64,000 bases of DNA from Mustelus asterias (lineage: Eukaryota). Of the stretch, positions 1 to 13,395 are shown piece by piece. The stretch is taken from the NCBI RefSeq assembly GCF_964213995.1, contig NC_135830.1, positions 11,780,001 through 11,844,000 on the forward strand, in the 5' to 3' direction. Both the position numbers and the translations under genes were made by a program. The notes below the pieces were generated by a model. It was not told the DNA's origin and did not search any database. It worked only from the letters and a program-made list of their open reading frames with translations. The first letter of the stretch is position 1, and each line of letters opens with the position of its first letter.

Positions 1-640
1 TGGCGAAAAAGTAGGAGACACACTCGCCTTTATCAGTCGGGGTTTCGATTACAAAAGCAGAGAGGTCATGATGGAGTTGTATAGAGCTTTGGCGAGGCCA
101 CATCTGGAGTACCATCTGCTGTGCTGGTCGCTACATTATACGAAGGACGTGAACGCACTGGAAGGTGTGCAGTAGATTCACCAGAATGTTGTCTGGGATG
201 GAACATTTAAGTTCAAAAGAAGATCGGATCGGTTTGGATTGTTTTCAGTGGAGCAGAGAATATGGGCGACCTGATTGGGATGTTCAAGATTATGAGGGGC
301 ATGGGCAGGATGGATAGGGAGTAGATAGGGTCAGTAACGAGGGGATACAATCTAAAAGTGAGGAGCGGGAGGTTTGGGGGGAGGGATGTGAGGAAAAACA
401 TTTTTTTTATTCAGAGTGTGGTAACAGTGTGGAATGCACTGCCTGGGAGGGTGATAGAGGTGGGATCCCTCACATCCTTTAAAAAGAGCTGGATTTTTTT
501 TTCTTGGCAAGCCAAAACATCCAAGTCTATGGGACAATTGCTGGCAAATGGGATTAGGTGGGCAGGTCAGGGCCTTTCATGCGTCGCTGCAGACTCGATG
601 AGCCGAAAGGCCACTTCGACACTGTAATATTCTGTGATTC
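1..640 (+). mobile_element. CR1 LINE 3' fragment (RT C-terminus and tail), degenerate
   Basis: Relics of RPHLEY...RFTRMLSG and FFIQSVVTVWNALP; ends in an ATTCTGTG-type tail. Confidence 0.85.
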
Positions 641-1435
641 CGTGAATCTGTGAATCACATTGCAGGCGATGCAGCTAATGACTCTCCTGGCATCTCTGCA
701 TCAGCCCAAGAGGACAATGGCTAATTCGTTAAAAATGCTCAGAGGTAGAGAAGCCACAGATGGCAGTGGGTCCTCTTACAGCTGTCTTTCAATCACTCGT
801 CTATTCCAATTTAAACAAGAGGTGCGAAGACGAGAACAACACTGCCTGCAATCAATGTGCAGTGATCTCACCGTTACATCATGGAACTGATGGAGGTCAG
901 GAACAAGGCAGCAAGATCTTTCTCGCAAAATACATCCATACATACAAAAACACATTGGCTCAATAATCGCCAGACCCGAGGCCCGCGTTCGATTCCCAGT
1001 CAGGGGCTAACAATTGACTGCTCTCATGCAGCACAGGAATTTAGAAGAGCTGGAATTACATCCGATCGATACCAGGAGAGATCTTTGTGCTAGTTTGAAC
1101 AGCAGGGAGAAAAGTTAGCCCCATTTCTCAATTACCCACAGCAATTCATATTACTATTGTCCTTGTTGCTTCCTCCTTTCAAAATAAGTATGTTGCCTTC
1201 TGCTGCATTAACTGTAACTGGAGCTGACCATATTCAAGGAGCAATGTTAGCATCAACCTGTTGGAAAGCTTATTGTGATGCATCTGTTGAACAACATTAG
1301 ATTTTCACTTCTCTGTTTTCGTCACACTGGACGTAATGTCAAAAGATGAGCAAGTTCAAAGTGTAACAACGTGCACAAGACTGGAAGGAGTGTGTGATTG
1401 TGTATAATTGGCACTGTGCACGTTCCTGTAATCAG
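640..1435. repeat. Dispersed tRNA-flank module, inverted homologue of ~14160-15230; contains a tRNA-Glu-like 3' half near 975-1005
   Basis: 1381-1433 matches the reverse complement of 14161-14214; ORFs 660..890 and 14838..15269 share MTLLASLHQP. Confidence 0.65.
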
Positions 1436-1764
1436 TGTCTTGGAGAATCAGGAAGATGAGATTCTGCTGGTCTAATGATTAGGGTTCAGTGCTTTCAGGG
1501 TCAAAGATCGGCTTCGATATACTAAGATTTAATGTGTGGGATAACCTGTTAATCAAAACTGATTTGGTTCCTGAGTGAAAACAGCTCTGCCCGAATCAGT
1601 GATGTGAGATTTGTAGTTTCGTGTCTGAGTTGGAAATGCCACATGGGACACAGGTCAAGAACAAGCGGGGAAAGAGAAGGACAGTTATAGACTTCAAAAA
1701 GCTGATGGTAAAAATGGTAATGCTTGGTAAAATCTGGGTGGCAATGGTGCAAACTCACAAATAG

Positions 1765-1985
1765 AGAGGGTGGTGGTTGTCTGGAACTTGCCACCGGGGG
1801 AGGTAGCAGAAGCAGATACGTTAGTGACTTTTAAGGGATGCCTTGACAAACACATGAATCGCATGGGAATAGAGGGATGTGTTCCCCAGAAGGGCAGGGG
1901 GCTTTAGTTCAGACTGGCAGCATTGTTGGTAGGCTTGGAAGGCCGAAGAGACTGTTCCTGTCCTCTAATTTTCTTTGTTCTTCCT
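1765..1985 (+). mobile_element. CR1 3' end fragment
   Basis: AGAGGGTGGTGGTTGTCTGGAAC...GGCCGAAGAGACTGTTCCTG, typical CR1 3' terminus. Confidence 0.75.
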
Positions 1986-2216
1986 TAAATATCACCTTGT
2001 TCTTCCTTAAATATCACGTAGATGTGGATTCAAGTCTCAGCCAAATGATAAGAAAACTTCTCGGTGAATGAAACACTGAACTCTCCGACTCCATAGAGAA
2101 ACCAGTAATTGTGAGAGAATACGGGATAGAAACTATCCCCTCGAGCTTCCTCCACGATGGACCAAGAACATGACGGACCTAAGCGCAGACTGCTAACTGA
2201 GGGGCCATAGACTCCT

Positions 2217-2287
2217 AACTAAGAGCTCAGTGGTCGAACATCTGACTGACGATCAAGAGATCCCCGTTTCAAATCCGCATGACCCAT
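2217..2287 (+). pseudogene. Degenerate tRNA-Cys-like relic
   Basis: AGCTCAGTGGTCGAACATCTGACTGACGATCAAGAGATCCCCGTTTCAAATCCG aligns to vertebrate tRNA-Cys; anticodon and acceptor stem damaged. Confidence 0.65.
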
Positions 2288-2505
2288 TCATTCATTTATT
2301 ACCACTTTTTTCCCACGGTTTCGTTCCTTTCGTTGACTGGAAAGCGCGTTGTGACGTATAATGATTGGGAAAAGCGCTATGTAAATGGAAGTCAGTCTTT
2401 CTTTAACGATCTTCAATCCCAGTCTTCGGTATTCGACTTCAGTCAGTGGAAACAGTTTGTCCCTATCTGCCCGATCAAATGGTCTTTTTTTCCATATTAG
2501 GAGAA

Positions 2506-2848
2506 GGGGCGGCACGGTAGCACAGTGGTTAGCACTGCTGCTTCACAGCTCCAGGGACCTGGGTTCGATTCCTGGCTCGGGTCACTGTCTGTGTGGAGTT
2601 TGCACATTCTTCCTGTGTCTGCGTGGGTTTCCTCCGGGTGCTCTGGTTTCCTCCCACAGTCCAAAGATGTGCGGGTTAGGTTAATTGGCCATGCTAAATT
2701 GCCCCTTAGTGTCCCGGGATGCGTAGATTAGCGGGTAAATATATGGGGATAGGGCCTGGGCGGGATTGTGTTCGGTGCAGACTCGATGGGCCGAATGGCC
2801 TCTTTCTGCACTGTAGGGTTTCTATGATTCTATTTCTATGATTCTATG
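2506..2848 (+). mobile_element. HE1-type tRNA-derived SINE, full length
   Basis: GGGCGGCACGGTAGCACAGTGGTTAGCACTGCTG head, B-box GGTTCGATTCC, V-domain-like core, CR1-like TTCTATGA tail. Confidence 0.9.
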
Positions 2849-3329
2849 AAAGGGAATAACCACGACACCACAGCAAAACTGTGGTGGTGCAATATGCAAA
2901 GGAGCTTATTTAGATTTTGTGTGGTCATGCGGGAGTTCTGGATTATGTTTTACGAGAAGAGAATAGGCGTTGGATATATAGGGTGGGTTCGAGTCATGTT
3001 ATTCTCTGTGGCGTAATTTGTCAGTGCGTTTGGCTGTTAACCGAAAAAGTGGTCGTTCAAAAGCATCCACACAAGGCGATTTCACTTTTCAAAAACAATT
3101 AGCGTTGACTGTCGCACAGTTTCGCTTGGGTCCTTGGGCAACAATAAAAATGTTTCTCACGTGTTACCGGCTCGACTGATATCTGGTCTTAACAACATTA
3201 TTTAGCTAATGAATATTCATTCATACATATTACATGCAATAATATGTTTATTTCAAATATGCTGTTAAAGTTAAGAAATCCAATCAAATAAGAACATTGG
3301 CTGAATGTGGTGTTGTGTCAGTTCTCCGA

Positions 3330-3510
3330 GGGGTCCTCGTCCTGAGATTGGACCCCAGTGTTTTAGATTTCCCGACCAGTGGAAACAATACCTGAGAATA
3401 CTGCTGGTTTCAGTGAGATCGCCTCTCATTTTTATTAACTCCAGGGAATTTCAGCCCAATTTACACAGCCTCCAATCCCAGGAGAAAACTCTCATCCCAG
3501 GGACCAATCT
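3330..3510 (-). mobile_element. Old CR1 fragment
   Basis: Similar to the CR1 relic at 61440-61640 (TTAGATTTCCCGACCAG...TGAGATCGCCTCTC...AACTCCAG). Confidence 0.5.
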
Positions 3511-3952
3511 TGACATTGACAACCGAGTATCACAGTAATCTCAAGCAATAGACATTCAGTAAGAGTTACGAGGTCACTCGTGGAAAGAAAGATAACCACA
3601 AACTTTGCATGGTCGCAGGACACTTGATTGATGAAGTAGAACAGAAGTGGAGTTGACGCTATAATGTTATTACCGGGAGAACTCAAAGCTGAAAGTCCTG
3701 TACAGTGACGGTAAAATTGAAACTGACCTGCCAGCAAATGATACTACTTAATTCATGGTCACATTCGGACAGCTGTCATTATATTGGGATGTTTGTATCA
3801 TGGGTACAAGGAAGAGACCCATCAAAAAATTGGGATAGTTGGAACTAAAGTAAAGGACGAATAGTCTTCAACGTGGCAGGCTAGCCTCATTAATAGAGGA
3901 AAGACACTTGTTAGAGACTTGGGGTTCTTATATTCATGTTTTAAAAAAACGT

Positions 3953-4172
3953 GTGGGCACAGTAAGAATTCTCACAACACCAAGTTTCACGTAGAACATG
4001 ATTAATTGGTAGCACGAGCTTTCGGAACACTGCTCCTTCATCAGCCTCTCACCTGTTGAAGGATCAGAGCTCCGAAAGCTCGTGCAAACAAAAGATCTGT
4101 TGGACTTTAAGCTGGTGTTGTGAGAGTTCTTACTGTGCCCACCCCAGTCCAACGACAACATCTCCACATCAA
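3953..4172. mobile_element. Palindromic Penelope-derived short repeat: two inverted pseudo-LTR halves, each with a hammerhead-like core
   Basis: 3953-4044 is an imperfect reverse complement of 4053-4142; same sequence flanks the Penelope ORF at 57235-57325. Confidence 0.7.
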
Positions 4173-4385
4173 GAAACTTGCGATCACCTGATGAATGAAA
4201 AGAAAAGACGAAGAAGCATTTGCTTTCTTATTTCTACACTTTGGTAGGTTGTGATTACATTAGAGATAATAATTCTCAGACATTGATATGAATTAGAGAG
4301 TATCCATTTTTATTTTCAAGCCTGTGCTGTTAAGAGGTGAAACAATTGACTAATTTTAGTAAAGAATTATAACTATTGGACTGCA

Positions 4386-5296
4386 TTATTTTCTCGGAAT
4401 AGTTAGTTTACTAATTCGGTTCAGTGGACATTGGAGAGCATTTTTCAACTCTTCTCTGAATTTCTTCTGAATGGCTGCGTAAATAAAGGTGTTGGTGCAG
4501 GAACTAAGAAGCTGCAGCATGTTTCCAGATTCCTGGAGAATAAATTTGGGATCACTGAAGCTTTTAATGTTATAATCGTTTGTGATTCGCACAGTCAAGA
4601 ACTGTATAACAAATGTCATCCACAACAGGATGAAACTGCCAGAGATTGTGAAGAGTAAAATGATGGACTTTCTCCGGCTCTCCATCTCGGGGTCAGTCTG
4701 ATTCTTTCCGCCATTGTCTGTACGAAGTCTCCTCCTGGCTCTACTGGCTGTTAGAATATGCCTGACGGTCAGAGCGTTGAACAGGAGAATTAGAAGGAAC
4801 GGAGCACACGGGGTCAATATACAATTAAACCAGTCATATGCTGTCCATAGCAGTGAAGTATACCGGATATCCTTCAGTCTGCAATACCACGGCACATTGT
4901 CAACCATGTTAATAGGCTCGTGAATAAAGTACCAGGGGATATTGGTTAAAAAGCCCAGGGCACAGACTGTTCCTATCACAACAGCCGCAGTTTTCTCGGT
5001 GCAGTATTTTATTTTCAACTTCTGGCAGCATATTGCCACAAAGCGATCAAAGGTAAACGTGACTGTTAACCAGACAGAACTCACTCTGGCTGCGTAAGTT
5101 AGGACTGTGCTCACACTACACAGCGGGGTGATGGACAAGAAGCTGCCTGGAAAATAAATGGCACTGATGCGATTTAATATCACAGCGGTGATAATGACCA
5201 GTAGATCTGTCACATTCATGGAGATAAGGTATCGAGTGATACATTTCGAAAGACCACACTTTCCTCTTGACAGGATCACAATCGCCACTAAATTAG
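4386..5296 (-). CDS. GPR139/GPR142-like class A GPCR no.1, exon 2 (end of TM1 to C-terminus); spliced protein 326 aa
   Basis: Open frame with hydrophobic helices, TM2 Asp, TFDRFVAIC, NTFIY and helix-8 KFREEL; acceptor gcag|CT at 5297-5298; joins exon 1 in frame (70+911=981 nt). Confidence 0.88.
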
Positions 5297-5759
5297 CTGC
5301 ATTAAACAGAAGGAGAATTAACTTACATGCAAAAACCACAATAATATCATCACATTGACCGAAATGCATGGACTCTTATTTTCTGCATCTGAAGCGATTT
5401 TCTGGGTCTGAAGAAAAAACAGCTGATTTAATAATATGAAGATGGACGTTAGATGGGGGCAGACATCACGGATGGAAGAAGTATATTCTTAATCATCAAA
5501 ATGGATTATCTGTTTATCAAGCATTGACTTCTCAATTACCATTACATTTTACCGTGCACGGTAATGAATTAATAAAGTTTCTATTTCCGAAATCAACCAA
5601 TTAGTGGAGTCTGATGACATTTCAACGGGTATGGAAAATATTGGTATTGATGTTTCCATGAATGGAGTAATTCGCTTACGAGGGTTGATTGGAGAAACGT
5701 GTCGAAATTTTTGTCAAATGTCAAAGATTCATTCGGGTTCTTCTGAGAGACGATCGGGA

Positions 5760-8652
5760 GAAAACTGCTCACGACACAGGAACTGCAAGCAAGGCAACAA
5801 ATCCTCCATCCACACACCGACCAGAGTGAAGAACCTCATTGGACAAAACCATACCCTTAACACCGCAAACCATTCTCACCGTCTCCCAGGCTCGAAAAAA
5901 ACAGACACTCCAGGAAGCGTGGAAAACGTGTAAGTGAGAGTGAAACAACGCGGCACCAAGGCCCCCATCCCCAGCTTATTCCTTACAAATCTCCAGTCTC
6001 TGGAAAACAAGCTAGACGAACTTAGAACGAGCCTCACTTTCCAAAGGGAACTGAGGGATTGCTGTGTACTCTGTTTCACAGAGACTCTTGCTTCACCGGA
6101 CAGTGCCCTAAAACCAGTGGGCTTCTCAATCCATCGAATGGACCGTACAGCGGCCTTAGCCATGGCTAGGGGTGGTGGGCCTGCTTCTTTATCAACACCT
6201 TGTGGTGCCTAGACGTAGCGACACCGCAACTTTCTGCTCCCCAGACCTGGAATATCTCATGCTAAAATGCCACCCCTACTCCCTTCCGCGGGGGTTCACC
6301 GCCGTTATCCTGATGGGAGTTCACCTTCCACCCAATGCACACGTGAAGATTACGCCAGACGAAATATACATCACGACGATTAGCCTTGAGACGAGGCTTT
6401 GTTCATCGTTGCTGTGGACTTCAATCAGGCCAAACTCAAGAGCATACTACCAAGATACCACCAACACGTTTCCTATTCCAACAGAGGCCCAAACATCCTA
6501 AACCACTGCTGCACAAATATCAAACATGCTCTATCGTTGCCCAGACTTTTGCCAATCAAACCACAGGACAGTACTCTTGCTCCGGCTTACTAGCAAGAAC
6601 TGAAGCGGGAGAATCCATCAAAGAAAGTCGTGCAATGTTAGTCTGAGGTTAGTATTTAAAAACTCTGTAACCAGCCTGAACGAGTACGCCACGACAGGAA
6701 CTGACATCATTAATAAGTGTGTAGAAGGCAATGTGCCAACGAAGCAAATCGTGTGTTTCCAACCGGAAACAATGGATGAACAGGGATATCCACTGCTTGC
6801 TGAAGTCCAGGTCTGAGGCATTCAAGTCAAGCGACAGTGACCTATACAAGAAAGCCAGATACGATCTAAAGAGATACATCAAAGATGCCAAAGGACAGTA
6901 CCGGACCAAGCTAGAGTCCTAGGATAGCCACACGGAGCCCCGCTTGTCTGCAAGACATAACAGGCTATAAGATGAAGGCATGTTCAATCGCCGGCTCCAA
7001 CGCACCTCTCCCTGATGATCTCAATACATTCTATGCCGGTTTTGAGCAAGAGGTCAGCCAGCACATGGCCTCTACCCTGGAAGCACAGGATGAACCTACA
7101 TCTGGGGTCACCATTGCAGATGTCAGAGCAGCTTTCTTGAAGGTCAACCCACTGAAAGCGACTGGCTCAGATGGGGTACCCGGACGAGCATTCAGAACCT
7201 GCGAGGATCAGCTGGCGGGGGTATTCACAGACATCTTCAACCTCTCTTTACAACAATCTGAGATCCCTATCTACTTCAATAAGACGACCATCATCCCGGT
7301 ACCGAAGAAAAACCAAGCAGTGTGCTTTAATGACTATCAGCCAGTGGCTCTGACAAATATCATCATGAAGTTCTTCGAAAGATTAGTCATGGCCTGAATC
7401 AATTCCAGCCTCCCGCACGACCTGGATCTACCACAATTTGCCTACCACCGCAACAGATCCACAGCAGACGCCGTTTTCCTGGCCCTGCACTCAACCTTAG
7501 AACACCTAGATAATAAGGACACCTTGTCAGATTCCTATTTATTGACTACAGCTCAGCCTTCAACACTATTATTCCCACGAAACTCATCTCCAAACTCCGT
7601 GGCCTGTGCCTCGGCACCTCCCTCTGCGACTGGATCCTGAACTTCCTCACTCATAGTCCTCAATCAGTAAGTTAAGGCAACAACACCTCCTCCACGATAA
7701 TCCTCAACCCCCGTGCCCCACAAGACTGTGTTCTCAGCCCCCTACTATAATCCTTATACACCTATGACTGTGTGGCCAAATTCCGCTCCATGTCGATTTT
7801 CAATTTTGCTGATGACACCACCTAGTGGGTCGGATCTCAAACAATGACGAGTACAGGAATCTGCTGAACTGGTGCGGCAAAAATAATCTCTCCCTCACTG
7901 TCAACAAAACGAAGGAGATTGCCATCAACATCAGGAAGCGTAAAGGAGAACATGCCCCTGTCTACATCAATGGGGCCGAAGTAGAAAGGGTCGGGAGTTT
8001 CAAGTTTTTAGGTCTCCAGATCACAAACAATCTGTCCTGGTAACCGCCCCCCCCCCCGCCCCCCAATGGACGGAACTGTAGTTGAGAAAGCCCACCAACT
8101 TTCTCAGAAGACGAATGAAATTTGGCATGTCAGCTACGACTCTCACCAATTTTTACAGATGCACCATAGAAAGCATTATTTCTGGTTGTATCACAGCTTG
8201 GTATGGCTCCTGCTCTCCCCAAGATTGCAAGGAACTGCAAAAGTTTGTAAATGTTGCCCAATCCATCACGCAAACCAGCCTCCCATCCATTGACTCTGTC
8301 TACACTTCCCACTGCCCCGGCAAGGCAACCAGCATAATTAAGGACCCCATGCACCTCGGACATTCTCTCTTCCACCTTCTTCCTTCAGGAGATAGATACA
8401 AAAGTGTGAGGTCACGTACCAACCGACTCAAAAACAGCTTCTTCCCTGCTGCTCTCAGATTGTTGAATGGACTTACCTTGCATTAAGTTGATATTTGTCT
8501 ACACCATAGCCATGACTCCAACACTACATTTTGTACTCTCTCGTTTCCTTCTCTATGAACGATATGTTTTGTCTGTATAGCACGCAAGAAGCAATACTTT
8601 TCACTGTATGTTAATACAGGGGACAATAATAAATCAAATCAAATCAAATCAA
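5760..8652 (+). mobile_element. Rex1/Babar-like non-LTR retrotransposon (APE + RT), inactivated, inside GPCR1 intron
   Basis: QSLENKLDELR, LCFTET, VDFNQA (APE); KATGSDGVPG, IIPVPKK, FADDTT (RT); tail AATAAATCAAATCAAATC; stops and frameshifts. Confidence 0.88.
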
Positions 8653-9814
8653 AACCTCAGAGGAAGGATTAAACCGAAGAGGGGATTGATTTAATGTTAT
8701 ATATAAGGGAAGAAATAGTGACGTCAGGACAAACTTTTGGCGCATGCAAATTTGCTGCATGAGAATGAGGTTGTGACAGTATTCGTAGCGACATTCAACA
8801 GGGCATTGACTTATCATCTGAATAGGAAACGTGTGTGGTGACAGGGAAACGAAGGGGGAAACTGGAGAAACTGAACTGATGTTGCCGAGCAAACGTCTAT
8901 GCTGCGACAATTCGAATATTCCATGCACTGAAAGATTAGAAACTTGAACAGAAAGCACAGATGATATAGCAATAATTGGAATTAAAACATAGAGAAACAT
9001 TTATTATATCGTATATCGGCACAACATGGATGATATCATACCTGTCTATCATGATGAGCATTTTTCACAGTTTAGCCCACTTAATTTAACTGTTCAATAA
9101 TCTTTCGAATTTTATTTTTCCATCTAGACTGATTAGGATGTAACTTAAGTTTATCGGGACATTTTGATGTGTGACCTTTTACATCGCATCTTCTCAGCCA
9201 ATTATAGTTCGGATTAATCATTGAAGTGCCAACAGAATCCTAGCAAGAAATGACCAGTCGTATCCTGTGAGTTCGAATGGTTTCTCTTATCTTTGTATTC
9301 TGTTATGTAGCTTAGCCAATTTCACAGAATGGGACAATTATTACAGCTCAGCACGATGCCATTTGAGCAATTGTGATTGCATCGTTTCTCTGAATGCACG
9401 TCTCACCGAAGGTCATCCACCGTCCTATCCTCCTAACATTCCACGTTCATCCATCCAGATAAATATGCAGTTAATTTCTGAATTGTTCAAAAGGATCTCT
9501 CTCAACCACAATATCATGCAGTGTATCACAAACACTAGCCACTCGCAGCGTACAACCCATTTCCTTAAATGAATTTTGCTGATTTCATGAATTACTTTCA
9601 TACTGTTCCCTTTAGTGTACGATGTTTTCACTGGTGGAAACAGCCTCTCCACATCCAGTAAGTCCAGAACTCTTCTAACATTGATATTTAGTCCCAAACA
9701 TTTACATGCTTTTACGTCTATTCCAGGATCTTCACCGTGAAGTAACGTGGCCCTGTGGAGTATCTAATCAAATGTTTTGTGAACTCTGTTACAAAAAACA
9801 CCGATAGATATTAA

Positions 9815-9945
9815 GAGCACATTACTGCGGCTGCTGGAATCTGAAATCAGAAAGAGAAAATGCTGGAAAATTTCAGCAGGTCTGGCAGCATCTGTAGGAG
9901 AGTAAAGAGCTGAAGTTTCGAGTTCAGAAGGCCCTTTGTCAAACT
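9815..9945 (-). mobile_element. Short Penelope-derived/SINE-like repeat (GATGCTGCCAGACCTGCTGA family); further copies near 15740-15840, 17150-17260, 20260-20395, 20530-20650, 21670-21870, 59650-59730, 62565-62690
   Basis: Shared core CAGATGCTGCCAGACCTGCTGAG...TTCCAGCA preceded by a degenerate CTGANGA...GAAACGT motif. Confidence 0.65.
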
Positions 9946-10432
9946 TCTTTGTCAAAGCAAATTCTACACCGGTAGATATTCCTATGTCCAGTACTTTGAT
10001 CACTGCTTTATTAAGTCAAATCTGGTTCGTCTCGGATTTAGAAAACCATATCCTGAGTTATTTCACCACTTCTGCCCCTTGCCTTGCGCATCCCGACCAG
10101 AAAAATCTGTTTGTTGCCCACATATCTTTGAACCCCTTTACTAATTTTAATCAAAGCGGCTAACTAGTTATTTAATCTTATATACGGAATGTACAACATA
10201 TGAGATTTATGAAACCGTTCCTGAGAATTTACTCTCGAAGAATTGGTATCGTTATAGCAAATCTACATTGCACCATTTTTGAATGAAAAGTCTATCCTTC
10301 GTGAGGTGACATGGAAGAAAATGAGTATATTGCTCCTGGTATTCAAACGTCGGATAACTTCAACCCTTTTGTTTCATGGTATCCTTGAGACGCATTCAAT
10401 TTGACAACGAATAACTTATTTTGAAGCATTAC

Positions 10433-10502
10433 CTGGGACTGCAATGACAGCAAGTGTAGTGTAGTAAATAGCATATGGTAGTCCAGTAGGTGGAGCATGC
10501 AT
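10433..10502 (-). CDS. GPCR no.1 exon 1 (MHAPPTGLPYAIYYTTLAVIAVP + 1 nt)
   Basis: 70 nt from ATG to G|gtaat donor, phase 1; homologous to 40109-40178; splices in frame to give VP-A-NLVAI. Confidence 0.85.
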
Positions 10503-11039
10503 CTTCTGTGAGGGGCGGCGATGTCTTTCTGAGAATGATTTGTGCTCTGCTCGACTTTCAAAGAACATTCTATTATACCTCATGTTATCCCCCGTAGACG
10601 CAATTAGGTCATATTACCAATAATGTTGCTTGCACTCACTGAACAAACACCGTTAATTAAACAATTAGAATGGCGGATTGTAGCCTATGAGCAAGCACTT
10701 TGATATGGTCTGTTTTTAGCTTCGTTGTTAATATCATAGATTGAACACAATTACAAATGTGCGATTTTAAATTAAAATGTATATCTTTTAACAAAGGTGA
10801 CCTGCTGACCTTCCCGCTTAAATGGACCTTCAATTCAACAATAACAATTTTTGTTGCTAACCTATATCCTAATTAGGACAGTAACAATTCCATCGATATC
10901 AATGTTCTGGAATTGAATAGCGGTATAAAAACAAAAGGAGGCCTATCGACATGAAACTTGTACAAATGACATGAAAATCAAAGGAACCTCAAACTAGTCG
11001 ATCCTTCTATAACTATGACCGCAGGCTCCAGAACGTAGA

Positions 11040-11800
11040 GTCATAATATCATGCAGTGCAGAAGAGACCCTTCGGCACATCGATTCCGCACCAACAAAAA
11101 TACACTAAATGTAAACTAATCCCCCTTTACAGCATTTGGCCCATAGTCTTGAATGCTGTGGCATTTCATGTGCTCGTCAAAAAAAACTTTGTTGGATTCC
11201 CACCTCTACAATCCTCCCAGGCAGTGCATTCCAGACTTCTAACTCTCTCTGTGAAAAATGTTTCCTTAAAAGCCCTCTAAACCTCCTGCTCCTCACCTGA
11301 AAATTATGCCCCTTTGCTACTCATCCTTCAACGATGTCCTCCCCATCCTGTCCATAAACCTCTTAACCTTATCCAATCCAATCAGGTACCCTTTCTTTCT
11401 CCTCTGTTCTAAATATATTAATCCTATCCAGCCTCTCTCCATATCTAAAACTATTCATCTCAGGCGCCATCCTTGCGAATATTCTCTTCAGCCTCGCCAA
11501 TGAAATCACATGCTTCCTATAATTGGGCGACAAGAACTGCACCCAGTACTTCCAGCTTTTGCCTATCCAAAGTTTCATACAATTCCAACATAAACTCCCT
11601 GCCCACGAGGGATAGTGAAGTTCTGTATGCCTTCTTAACTATCATATTACTCTGTTCTGCCGCTTTCAAGGATCAGTGGACAAACATCCTAAGATAATTC
11701 TGCTCCTCTGAACTTCATTTTGTCCTTCCATCCATTGCATTCTCCCTTGTCATTTTACTCCTTCCTAAGTGTGTCATTCAACACTTCACAGGGCTATGCC
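11040..11800 (-). mobile_element. CR1 LINE 3' fragment, degenerate
   Basis: YWVQFLSPNYRKHVISLARLKRIFARM, relic of the CR1 RT C-terminus. Confidence 0.8.
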
Positions 11801-11834
11801 CCTGATCGGCCGCATCTGAGCAACTCACAGAAAG

Positions 11835-12250
11835 ATAGGAACATAGGAATTATGCGCAAATGTCGGTAAATTCAGCCCTGCTATCATGCTCCCCCATGCA
11901 ATCAGATCATTGTTGATCGATTCTTGGTCTCAAATGCATCACCCCAAATGCTCCCAATATCCCTCTTTCTCTTTTGATACTGGAAATTTATCTGTCTCAC
12001 TCTCGAAACCATTCAACGATTCAGACTCCACCGTGCTGTGGGACAACGAGTTCCACACATCCATCACCGTTTGCGAGAAGTAGTTCCTCCTGAGCTCAGA
12101 TTTTAATCTACAACCTCTCAACCTATATATGTGACCTCTTTTTCTGGATTGCCGCAGAAGAGAAAGCAATTGCTCTACATTTACCTCATCAATCCATTTT
12201 ACAATTTGATATATCCCCAACAGAATCTGTCATCTCTATCTTCCTGCAAT
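11835..12250 (-). mobile_element. CR1 3' fragment (related copy at 17540-17950)
   Basis: RGHIYRL...RRNYFSQTVMDVWNSL. Confidence 0.8.
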
Positions 12251-12387
12251 CTAGAAAATGTTCGCTAATAGCCACACCAGCATTTTTTTCTGTCACTCTT
12301 AAACTTACTTATCATCCGCCCACCTTCTCATCTATATCGTTTCGGAAAAATAGTCTATTTTTGGCATGAGGGAGCCATATACATCAG

Positions 12388-12720
12388 ATCATAAGAAATA
12401 GGAGCAGGAGTAGGCCATCTAGCGCCTCGAGCCTGCCCCGCCATTCAATAAGATCATGACTGATCTGAAGTGAATCAGTTCCACTTACCCGCCTGATCCC
12501 CATAACCCTTAATTCACTTACCGATCAGAAATCCATCTATCCGTAACGTAAAAATATTCAACGAGGTACCCCCGCCACTTCAGTGGGCAGAGAATTCCAG
12601 AGATTCACCACTCTCTGAGAGAAGAAGTTCCTCCCCAACTCTATCCGAAACTGAACCCCCTTTATTTTGAGGCTGTGCCCTCTAGTTCTGGTTTCCTTTC
12701 TAAGTGGAAAGAATCTCACC
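12388..12720 (-). mobile_element. CR1 3' fragment
   Basis: TRGHSLKI...NFFSQRVVNLWNSLP; CATAAGAAATAGG tail. Confidence 0.85.
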
Positions 12721-13321
12721 ACTTCAATAGTGAAGTGTACCTGTTCCATTCGGTATCTACCCACTCTGGCTTTTTCTTTCTTTCTGTCGATAGATCTGCC
12801 TCAGTCCTTCCCTCTCTCAGTCTAACTATCCATTTCCCTCTTTTGTTTTTGTTCCTCCTATTCTCTCCCTGTCTGGGTGGAATCAAGTTTAATTGAATTG
12901 ATTCCTGAAATGAGGCGGTTGTTGAGCTGGGGTTGATTTTAATGGCGGAGGAGACTCAATGGGACATGTGATCTAATGCATCTCCAATGATTCTGTTCAC
13001 TGCCAATACTAGTTCCGACAGCAATGACTTCTGTTGGTGTCGTTGATAGGAAGTTTAAGGCATTAAATTTAGGATAGCGACATTTGTGGAGGACTGTGAT
13101 CAAATTCTCCCAATGTCAGATTTTTATTTAAATTACTTTAAACGTTACGAACTTTGATCAAACATGTGATTATTAAAATTGAATGCAGTAGAATGTGTCA
13201 TCATTCATTTTGATTAGAGAAACCAGCAGAGAGAATGTAAAGTGAGCAACTGACGGGCTTGTGGAACGAGTTTAGTTGCTCCACAAGTAAACCGGATCTG
13301 CTTCAAATCATGCATCGCAAA

Positions 13322-13395
13322 GTTTCTGTAGTGCAGTCGTTACCATGTTTGCCTCACATGCGTACAGGTCCCCGGGTCAAGACCGAGCAAAAACA
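13322..13395 (+). pseudogene. tRNA-Val(CAC) pseudogene
   Basis: GTTTCTGTAGTGCAGTCGTTACCATGTTTGCCTCACATGCG...GGTCCCCGGGTCAAGACCG; boxes damaged. Confidence 0.75.

Noticed and set aside
2330-3100. Possible histone promoter or gene relic (TGACG, GATTGG, ATGTAAAT)
   Set aside because: No recognisable histone coding sequence or 3' stem-loop; motifs are too short
5297-5369. N-terminal extension MHFGQCDD... of ORF 4386..5369
   Set aside because: Intronic read-through; a proper acceptor and a homologous exon 1 at 10433-10502 explain the real start
8719-8751. CRE and Ig-type octamer ATGCAAAT
   Set aside because: Lies in what looks like a decayed CR1 relic inside the GPCR1 intron; no leader or V exon nearby
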